From: Candidatus Scalindua sp.
Lineage (GTDB): Bacteria > Planctomycetota > Brocadiia > Brocadiales > Scalinduaceae
DNA length: 32,000 nucleotides
Assembly (NCBI GenBank): GCA_031316235.1
Contig: JALDRA010000001.1
Coordinates: 2,490,001-2,522,000, forward strand
Direction: 5' to 3'
Shown here: positions 24,980-32,000 of the stretch, one piece after another
How the letters are laid out: each line of letters begins with the position of its first letter
Numbering within the stretch: the stretch's first letter is position 1
Notes under the pieces: model-generated
What the model was told of the DNA's origin: nothing
Database searches by the model: none
What the model saw: only the letters and a program-made list of their open reading frames with translations
Made by a program: the position numbers and the translations under genes

Positions 24980-27900
24980 ATGAAGATCCGAAAGACTAGC
25001 ACTTTAAATTTTCAACTATACATTGTTTCAGCAATTTTATTATCTTTATTAACATTGTTGATAGTAATCACGATTAAGAGATCATTTGAAGGAAGAAAAC
25101 TTGCAGAAGAATATGCGATAAAAAATGGAATCAACGGTCATCTTAATGCGGCCGCAGCATGGCAGGCAGTTGAACGCGGGTATGGTGCTACAATTCTCGG
25201 AAGCGGTAAAGGAGATTCTTCTCATCTCTTCCCTCATTTTCTTGAAGTGGGACAGAGAGGGGAAGCAGAAGTCTTGCAGGCTGAAAAACAGATTAAAAGA
25301 CTGTTACGTGTTGCGGGCAGCAAAACATTACAGAGACAATTTGATACGTGGCATAATGGATATGAAGATCTTGCCGGTGCTCGTCCCAAAATTGCTGCGA
25401 ACGACATTTCAGAAGAAGAGTGGTTTTATACTGCAACACTTACCATTAATAATGGATCTCATCTGAGAAATAGTGTCTTCGCTCCGCAGAAAAAAGAGGA
25501 GAAAATACTCTATCTGAATAATGTTATGCGTCTTAACATTACGAGGCTGTGCGAATATGCGGGGCGGGAACGAGCTCTTGTAGGTAATATGATTGCATCG
25601 GGAAAACCTTTTTCCCGGGAGGTCAGTAATGAAATTGAACACTGCCGTTCCATCGTGGAGGAATCACTTAACCAGTTACTCATTTTAAAAGATATTCAAT
25701 TAACATCAACCCGGATGAAACAAGCTATAGAAGATTTTGAGGAAGAGTTCCTGCAGTCATTTGATATTCTGATGGAAGAGGTATTTATTTCAAGTAAAGA
25801 ACAGGAAGAGGAGATAAGAACTTCATCTGTTGAAATTACAAAAAGGAAAGCGATTTTTAGAGAGTATTTATCGGGAATATACAATGATTTACTGAATATG
25901 AGTAACCAGGAAAACATAAAGACATTAGCCAGGGCCTTAAATGGTCAGGAAGATATTGCTCTGTCTGAACATCTGCATGTGGTGGGAAATATGTTTGAAA
26001 CATTTTCCCAGGTAAAAAAGACATTGTGCCGGATTCAGTATCTGGATACATCAGGGTATGAGCGTGTCCGTGTAGATTTTGATGGTAACCTTACGGAAAT
26101 AATTAGTGATATACACCTTCAAGACAGAAGTGACAGAAGTTATTTTACAAAAGCAATACATCTTCTGCCAGGTGAGATATATACTTCTCCCCTTGAGCTG
26201 AATATGGAATATGGCAAAATCGAAATGCCCTATAAACCGGTTATCCGCTTAGCAACACCCGTTTTTGCTGACGAAAAGAGTTCCGGGATTCTTGTCTTTA
26301 ACGTACTGGCAAATACACCCCTTTTCCTGCATAAAATTGCAGAAAATGAACGACAGGGAGACTACCTGTTAGCAAACCAGGATGGTTTTTATCTCAATCA
26401 TCCATATGAGTTGAAAGAGTGGGGAATGATGGCGCTTCTCAACAAGTCGCATCATAATGTACGAATGGACTATCCTGATGTTGCAGAACAGATTCTTTCT
26501 GGAAAAGAGGGAAGTGTCCCTTTGGCTTCAGGTAAAATGCTTGTTTATGAACCGTTTTTTCACAAGATAGATGATAATGCTGATAGTTTCTGGGTCCTTA
26601 TTAAAGAGGTTAAAGCGGTTGAGTATCCGGTCGATGCATCCACCTGGTTCGAGAGAGCAACACAAGCAATAAATAGGGGATTAGCCGTTTCAAATATTGC
26701 CGGTGATGAGGCCGACGCTGTTATAGGAGAGATGTCTTCTGCCGCAAAAAGGAATGTAATAATGAGTTTCCTGATTTTCGTTGCAGCTGTTTCGATTTTT
26801 ATTTTTTATATTCGATGGGTAAGGAATAGAATTCTCAAGCCTGTCGAGAGATTGACTGGGATTACGCAGAGAATATATGAAGGAGATTACACGTTTAAAT
26901 TTGAAGTTAATACAAAAGATGAAATCGGTGTCCTTGCAGATAATTTTAACAAAATGGCAGAAAGGCTCACAAATGAGATCACTGAGCGCAGACGTGGAGA
27001 GGAATTGATCCGAAAGCTGTCCAGCGCAGTCGAACAGAATCCTGCAACAGTGATAATTACCGATGCCAGGGGTACTATTGAATATGTGAACAGAAAGTTT
27101 ACACAATTAACAGGTTACACTCTGGATGAAGTCATAGAAAAAAACCCTCGCATTTTAAGCTCGGGCAAGACAGCACCGGCAGACTACAGGAATTTGTGGC
27201 AGACTATTGTGTCTGGCAATGAATGGCATGGAAAGTTCTGCAATAAAAAAAAGAATGGAGAACTCTATTGGGAATCTGCATCAATTTCACCTGTCAAAGA
27301 TACAGAAGGGATCATTACCCATTTTGTAGCGGTTAAGGAAGACATTACCGAACGAATGAAAGCTGAAAAACGTCTGAGAGCTCAGCATATTGTGACACAA
27401 TTGCTGGCGGAATCTGCTACGATAAAAGAGAAATTTCCCAAAATTATACAGGCAGTATGTACGGCACTGGAGTGGGATCTTGGAGATATATGGATATTTT
27501 CTCAGCTTGACAGGGTGCTGCACTGCTCAGAAATCTGGCATAGTCCATCCATTGATGTATCAGGATTCATTGCAAGGAGCAGGGGAATAACCCTTGCTCC
27601 AGGCGTTGGATTGCCTGGGCGCATTTTTTCCAGTGCTAAAGCAGCGTGGATATCAGACGTTGGAGAGGATGAAAATTTTCCACGGTCATCAGCTGCATTA
27701 AAAGAAGGGCTGCATGGGGCCTTTGGTTTTCCCATTTTGAGCGGTAGAGAGGTACTGGGGGCAATAAGCTTCTATAGCCGTGAGATAAGATCACCGGACA
27801 GGGACACGTTTGATATGATGTCTTCTATTGGTAATCAGATAGGTCTCTTCATTAAGCGCAAACAGGCTGAAGCGCTACTGAAAGAATCAGAGAAGAGGCA

Positions 27901-29902
27901 TCGTAGGCTTATCCAAACAGCACAAGATGCAATTGTCAGCACAGACAAAAATGGATTAATTAGTGTTTGGAATCAATCAGCAGAAAAGTTATTTGGTTAT
28001 TCCAATCATGAAATCATTGGGCAGCCTATAACAACCATTATTCCTGAAACATATAATAAGCAGTGCCAGAATGGTAAGGGGCAGATTATAAGGGGAGGTA
28101 TGTCTAAAAATTCTGGTGAACCGGTAGAAGTTTTTGCGAGGACAAAGAAGGGAATTGAAATACCGATAGCACTGTCCTTATCCATTCTACAGGAGGGAAA
28201 AGGTCAACACATTCTTACGGCTATCATCAGAGATATGACTGAAAGGAAGAAATGGGAAAATGATGTCCATAAATTATCTTGTGCCATTGAACAAAGCCCG
28301 GTTTCTGTTGTTATTACGGATACCAAAGGTAATATCGAGTATGTTAACAAGAAATTCACACAAATAACCGGTTATACTTCCGAAGAAACCAAAGGAAAGA
28401 ACCCAAGAATACTAAAAACAGATGAAAAGAACTCAGAGGAATACAAAGAGCTCTGGGAAACCATTACATCAGGCTATGAATGGAAAGGAGAATTTTCCAA
28501 TAAAAACAAAGAAGGAAAAATCTATTGGGAAACGGCATCTATTTCTCCGATCAAAAACGATAATGGTGATATCACCCATTTTATTGCGGTAAAAGAAGAC
28601 ATATCCACCCAAAAGCAAATGGAAGCAGCTCGCGAACGAGCACACTTACGCCTGGAGAAAATAAACGAAGTGCAACAATTCCTGCTCGCTCCCGGCAGAC
28701 TGGAGACAAAGCTCAAGAAAATCACTGATAGTGTGGTTGAGATGTTTGATGCCGATTTTTGTCGTATTTGGGTAATTCGACCTGGAGATCGTTGCAAATC
28801 AGGGTGTATTCATGCTGCGGTGTCTGATGGTTCACATGTCTGCCGGGATCGGGATCGATGTCTGCACCTCTTGTCCAGTTCCGGGCGTTACACTCATATC
28901 GATGGAGATGTCCATCGTCGTGTGCCTTTTGGTTGTTACAAGATCGGGTTAGTGGCTGCTAAAAAGGAACGAAAGTTTCTGATAAGCGACGTAACGCATG
29001 ACTCACGCATCCATAATAATGAGTGGGCTTCTCAATTGGGATTAGTATCCTTTGCAGGTTATCAACTGTGCCCTACAGGAGATGAAGCCCTCGGTGTTAT
29101 GGCCCTCTTCTCAAAAAATACCATTTCAGGGGATGATGATGAATTGCTACAGGTGCTGAGTCACTCGACTTCCCAGGCAATTCAGGCATCGATAATGGGA
29201 AATTTGATTCAAGACTCAAAGAATAAACTGGAATTTTTACTTTTTTCTATCCCGTATGTAATAATTGAATTGACAAGTGATAATAAGATTAATAGATGGA
29301 ATGAGTTTGCGGAGAAAATCTTTGGAATCGCTGCATCCGATGCCATAGGAAAGACCGTTAGTGAATTAAACCTACAGTTGGATATGGACGTTATTAGTAA
29401 AAAAATTGCATTATGTAGGGATAATGAGAGCGCAGTGTGGATAGACGACAGCAGATACAAACGTACCGATGGAAGTGAGGGCCTGCTTACTGTTACGATA
29501 AATCCAATCAAAAATGAGGACTGTAAACAAACAGGCCAAATTATATTAATGCAGGATATTACAGAACATAAAAAAATTGAGAACCAATTAGTTCAATCAC
29601 AAAAGCTGGAATCGATAGGGCAATTGGCTGCCGGTGTTGCCCATGAAATAAACACACCAACACAGTTCATATCAGACAATACATTCTTCATTCAGGATGC
29701 GTTTAACAAGATATTTACTATCTTGAAGAAGTATTCACACTTACTTGAGATGAATAAGGCCGGATCAGTAACTCCGGAAATGATAAGAGAGATGGATGCT
29801 GCTGAGAAAGGTGTCAAATTGGACTACCTTACTGAAGAAATCCCTATAGCGATTAGTGAAACGCAGGAGGGGATAAAGCGTGTAACGGAAATAGTTAAAT
29901 AA
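24980..29902 (+). CDS. Giant multi-domain sensor histidine kinase, N-terminal 1640 aa up to the end of the DHp/HisKA domain, terminated by an in-frame TAA
   Basis: TM1 (res ~14-32). Extracytoplasmic helical NIT-like region (WQAVERGYGATILGSG; EYAGRERALVGNMIASG). Cache-like region (LQDRSDRSYFTKA..GEIYTSPLELNMEYG..PVIRLATPVF). TM2 (26755-26820) and HAMP. Then PAS1 (~27010-27360), GAF1, PAS2, PAS3 (~28270-28620), Cys-rich GAF2, PAS4. H-box QLAAGVAHEINTP. Confidence 0.85.
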   Translation: MKIRKTSTLNFQLYIVSAILLSLLTLLIVITIKRSFEGRKLAEEYAIKNGINGHLNAAAAWQAVERGYGATILGSGKGDSSHLFPHFLEVGQRGEAEVLQAEKQIKRLLRVAGSKTLQRQFDTWHNGYEDLAGARPKIAANDISEEEWFYTATLTINNGSHLRNSVFAPQKKEEKILYLNNVMRLNITRLCEYAGRERALVGNMIASGKPFSREVSNEIEHCRSIVEESLNQLLILKDIQLTSTRMKQAIEDFEEEFLQSFDILMEEVFISSKEQEEEIRTSSVEITKRKAIFREYLSGIYNDLLNMSNQENIKTLARALNGQEDIALSEHLHVVGNMFETFSQVKKTLCRIQYLDTSGYERVRVDFDGNLTEIISDIHLQDRSDRSYFTKAIHLLPGEIYTSPLELNMEYGKIEMPYKPVIRLATPVFADEKSSGILVFNVLANTPLFLHKIAENERQGDYLLANQDGFYLNHPYELKEWGMMALLNKSHHNVRMDYPDVAEQILSGKEGSVPLASGKMLVYEPFFHKIDDNADSFWVLIKEVKAVEYPVDASTWFERATQAINRGLAVSNIAGDEADAVIGEMSSAAKRNVIMSFLIFVAAVSIFIFYIRWVRNRILKPVERLTGITQRIYEGDYTFKFEVNTKDEIGVLADNFNKMAERLTNEITERRRGEELIRKLSSAVEQNPATVIITDARGTIEYVNRKFTQLTGYTLDEVIEKNPRILSSGKTAPADYRNLWQTIVSGNEWHGKFCNKKKNGELYWESASISPVKDTEGIITHFVAVKEDITERMKAEKRLRAQHIVTQLLAESATIKEKFPKIIQAVCTALEWDLGDIWIFSQLDRVLHCSEIWHSPSIDVSGFIARSRGITLAPGVGLPGRIFSSAKAAWISDVGEDENFPRSSAALKEGLHGAFGFPILSGREVLGAISFYSREIRSPDRDTFDMMSSIGNQIGLFIKRKQAEALLKESEKRHRRLIQTAQDAIVSTDKNGLISVWNQSAEKLFGYSNHEIIGQPITTIIPETYNKQCQNGKGQIIRGGMSKNSGEPVEVFARTKKGIEIPIALSLSILQEGKGQHILTAIIRDMTERKKWENDVHKLSCAIEQSPVSVVITDTKGNIEYVNKKFTQITGYTSEETKGKNPRILKTDEKNSEEYKELWETITSGYEWKGEFSNKNKEGKIYWETASISPIKNDNGDITHFIAVKEDISTQKQMEAARERAHLRLEKINEVQQFLLAPGRLETKLKKITDSVVEMFDADFCRIWVIRPGDRCKSGCIHAAVSDGSHVCRDRDRCLHLLSSSGRYTHIDGDVHRRVPFGCYKIGLVAAKKERKFLISDVTHDSRIHNNEWASQLGLVSFAGYQLCPTGDEALGVMALFSKNTISGDDDELLQVLSHSTSQAIQASIMGNLIQDSKNKLEFLLFSIPYVIIELTSDNKINRWNEFAEKIFGIAASDAIGKTVSELNLQLDMDVISKKIALCRDNESAVWIDDSRYKRTDGSEGLLTVTINPIKNEDCKQTGQIILMQDITEHKKIENQLVQSQKLESIGQLAAGVAHEINTPTQFISDNTFFIQDAFNKIFTILKKYSHLLEMNKAGSVTPEMIREMDAAEKGVKLDYLTEEIPIAISETQEGIKRVTEIVK

Positions 29903-30424
29903 ATGAAGACATTCTCGCATCCTAATGTCAATGAAAAGGTGTATGTAGATATCAACATGATGGTTAAGAGTACGATTACCATCTCAAGACACGAGTGGAA
30001 GTATGTAGCAGATGTCGAGACAAACCTTGATTCTGACCTGCCACCTGTCCCCTGTTACCCAGGTGAGTTTAATCAGGTAATTCTCAACTTGATTGTCAAC
30101 GCTGCCCATGCCATCGGAGAAGTTCCTGGTAGTGGAAGCGAGGATAAGGGGAAAATTACTATAAGTACTCATTATAATGATGATAAAATTGAGATCTGCA
30201 TATGCGATACAGGCGCAGGCATTCCTGAAAATATAAGATCCAGGTTATTTGAACCATTCTTTACAACTAAAGAAGCAGGGAAAGGAACCGGTCAGGGGTT
30301 GTCTATTGCACATGCTGTTATAGTAAAAAAACATAATGGAACAATTACCTTTGATTCAGAAATAGGGAAGGGAACAAAATTTATTATTCGCTTACCTCTT
30401 TCAGATCAAACGGCACTTAACTAA
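29903..30424 (+). CDS. HATPase_c (catalytic ATP-binding) domain of the same histidine kinase, separated from it by the in-frame stop
   Basis: 173 aa in the same frame as 24980-29902; its ATG immediately follows the TAA. N-box QVILNLIVNAAHA, G1 DTGAGIP, F-box FEPFFTTK, G2 GTGQGLSIA. The N-terminal MKTFSHP continues the ...RVTEIVK(x)MKxFSHP linker typical of intact kinases. Confidence 0.85.
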   Translation: MKTFSHPNVNEKVYVDINMMVKSTITISRHEWKYVADVETNLDSDLPPVPCYPGEFNQVILNLIVNAAHAIGEVPGSGSEDKGKITISTHYNDDKIEICICDTGAGIPENIRSRLFEPFFTTKEAGKGTGQGLSIAHAVIVKKHNGTITFDSEIGKGTKFIIRLPLSDQTALN

Positions 30425-30636
30425 ATGTATCAAGAGCACACGACATTTATCCTAAATACGAATGGTCAAAATTTAAGGGTTTTTGTAGAAATAATGCTGA
30501 AGCAAACCTGATATTACACTTGAACTTGTGTCAATAATTTGATTCAGGATCAGCGGCAGGCAAGGCCTCTGAACAAAGGCGATAATTTATTTGCGGAGCA
30601 AACCAGGATATTAGTGACTGAAAGGACGTAGGTTAT

Positions 30637-31776
30637 ATGAAGAAACAAATACTCTTTGTTGATGATGAGCCGTGTATCCTGAATGGGTTTAGGCGTATTT
30701 TACAAGACCAGCATAATATATGGGAGATGTATTATGTTAGCAACGTTGATGCTGCTTTAGAACAATTAGAAAATGTTAGTATTGACGTAATCGTTTCTGA
30801 CATAAATATGCCGGGCAAGGACGGATTTGAGTTGTTAAAAATTCTTCAAGAGGGTGAAAAGACTAAAAATATTCCAGTAATTATCTTAACAGGTTGCAAA
30901 GAAAACGGTTTCAAACGGCGCGCCTTGGATCTCGGGGCTATGGATCTTCTTAATAAGCCAGTAGATAGAGATGATCTTTTCGCACGACTCAATAGCATGC
31001 TTCGTCTAAAATCATATCATGATACTCTCGAACAAAGGGTTAAAGAACGAACTGCAGAACTGACATATTCACGAATGGACATAATATGGCGTCTTGGTAA
31101 CCTTGCAGAATTCCGGGATGAAGATACTGGCAATCATATTTTAAGAGTAGGGTCATATTGCAAGGCTATAGCCGAACAACTTGGTATGGGACAAGACTTT
31201 ATCGAGACGTTGTTTTTAACAAGTCCTCTTCATGATATCGGTAAGGTTGGGATTCCAGACAATATCTTATTGAAACCTGGGAAGCTAACTTCTGATGAGT
31301 TTGAAATCATGAAACATCATTGTGTTATAGGTTCAGAAATATTTTATCAGGATTCCAAGATTATGAAGTTATTTCAAACATGGCACAGGAATCAGATACA
31401 AATTGATAAGAGGTTTGATAAAAACCCCATTCAGGAAATGGCAGCGACCATTGCTTTGACACATCATGAAAAATGGAGTGGTACCGGATATCCTAAAGGA
31501 TTATCAAAAAGAGATATTCCTTTAGAATCACGGATTGTTGCGATATCAGATGTTTTTGATGCCTTGAGTACTGTACGTCCATACAAACCTGCATTTTCAG
31601 AAAGTAAAACAATGGACATAATCAGTGGGGAAGTTGGCAGGCATTTTGATCCGGAGGTTTACGAAGCCTTACTGAAATCTATGGAAGAGGTTAGAAAAAT
31701 TAAGGCTCAATTTTCAGACGAAAATATAAATCAGATGACTCTCAAACCAAACGACCTTACGGGTACTGATAATTAA
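30637..31776 (+). CDS. Response regulator with receiver + HD-GYP domain (RpfG-like, predicted c-di-GMP phosphodiesterase)
   Basis: 379 aa. REC: ILFVDDEP, VIVSDINMPGKDG, ILTG. HD-GYP: HILRVG, LHDIGKVGIPDNILLKPGKLT, HHEKWSGTGYPKGL, DVFDAL. Confidence 0.9.
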   Translation: MKKQILFVDDEPCILNGFRRILQDQHNIWEMYYVSNVDAALEQLENVSIDVIVSDINMPGKDGFELLKILQEGEKTKNIPVIILTGCKENGFKRRALDLGAMDLLNKPVDRDDLFARLNSMLRLKSYHDTLEQRVKERTAELTYSRMDIIWRLGNLAEFRDEDTGNHILRVGSYCKAIAEQLGMGQDFIETLFLTSPLHDIGKVGIPDNILLKPGKLTSDEFEIMKHHCVIGSEIFYQDSKIMKLFQTWHRNQIQIDKRFDKNPIQEMAATIALTHHEKWSGTGYPKGLSKRDIPLESRIVAISDVFDALSTVRPYKPAFSESKTMDIISGEVGRHFDPEVYEALLKSMEEVRKIKAQFSDENINQMTLKPNDLTGTDN

Positions 31777-31797
31777 ATTGCTGTCGTTAGGAGGAAA

Positions 31798-32000
31798 ATG
31801 GAAAAAATACTTTTTGTAGATGATCAACCGGAAATACTTAGAGGTCTTAGAAGGGCATTGAATACAGAAGATAATGAATGGGACTTTGAATTTGCTACGA
31901 GTGGAGAAGAGGCCCTAAACATCATGTCAAAATCCTCATTTGATGTAGTAATATCAGATATGCGTATGCCAAAAATGAATGGTGTTGAACTCCTGGAAAC
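31798..32000 (+). CDS. Response regulator receiver domain protein, partial (runs off the right edge)
   Basis: GGAGG SD, then ATG 31798. MEKILFVDDQPEILRGLRRAL...FDVVISDMRMPKMNGVELLE is a typical CheY-like REC N-terminal half. Confidence 0.8.
   Translation, partial: MEKILFVDDQPEILRGLRRALNTEDNEWDFEFATSGEEALNIMSKSSFDVVISDMRMPKMNGVELLE

Noticed and set aside
25125-29511. Alternative-frame and antisense ORFs within the kinase gene (for example 25125-25466+, 26690-27106-, 28522-28797-, 29209-29511-)
   Set aside because: They are embedded in a continuous, motif-rich 1640-codon frame, and no independent signals support them.
29900-29902. Recoding (selenocysteine or pyrrolysine) as an explanation for the in-frame stop in the kinase
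   Set aside because: The codon is TAA, not TGA or TAG, so Sec or Pyl insertion does not apply. A nonsense mutation, a sequencing error or termination-reinitiation are the remaining options.
1-32000. Search by eye for CRISPR arrays, tRNA, rRNA, tmRNA, RNase P, integrase genes and prophage structural genes
   Set aside because: I found no regularly spaced direct repeats, no T-loop/acceptor-like tRNA signatures (GGTTCGA-type hits lie inside coding sequence without matching stems), no rRNA-like conserved blocks and no integrase-like ORF. A computational scan (tRNAscan-SE, Infernal, CRISPR finders) is still advisable.

Overview
Moderately AT-rich bacterial chromosomal window. Tandem prepilin-type (DUF1559/H-X9-DG-like) paralogs and a giant multi-PAS/GAF sensor kinase suggest a Planctomycetota, possibly anammox-type, genome; this is inference only. 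The layout has three parts. (1) 1-8.7 kb is mostly core-like: a Wzy/O-antigen-ligase-like membrane protein with a TPR tail, two tandem pilin-like genes, a CysM/CysK-type cysteine synthase and a TPR lipoprotein, interspersed with decayed mobile-element traces and a structured dispersed repeat. (2) About 8.7-21.4 kb is an accessory, defence-type island, all on the minus strand up to the IS. It holds a truncated DUF262 (GmrSD-like) gene; a tightly coupled 3-gene cassette (minimal DUF4263/Shedu-like nuclease, SF2 helicase, 73-aa protein); a complete type I R-M operon in the order hsdR-hsdS-hsdM; and an intact IS with terminal inverted repeats whose transposase is a DUF4338 (DruA-like) + IS701-type DDE fusion, inserted 17 nt upstream of hsdR. 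These are followed by a frameshifted Y1-transposase-like pseudogene and a very AT-rich orphan gene. (3) 21.4-32 kb carries a GH130-like glycosidase/phosphorylase, a DUF218/YdcF-like protein, and an orphan FlgC-like rod protein with a sigma28-like promoter. It ends with a two-component cluster: a roughly 1,800-aa sensor kinase (NIT-like + Cache-like + HAMP + 4 PAS + 2 GAF) split by an in-frame TAA directly before an ATG, a REC-HD-GYP regulator and a further REC protein cut by the window edge. No rRNA, tRNA or CRISPR array was recognised. The best candidate for an undescribed system is the nuclease-helicase-small protein cassette at 9012-11662. All domain calls come from reading motifs by eye; no searches were run.
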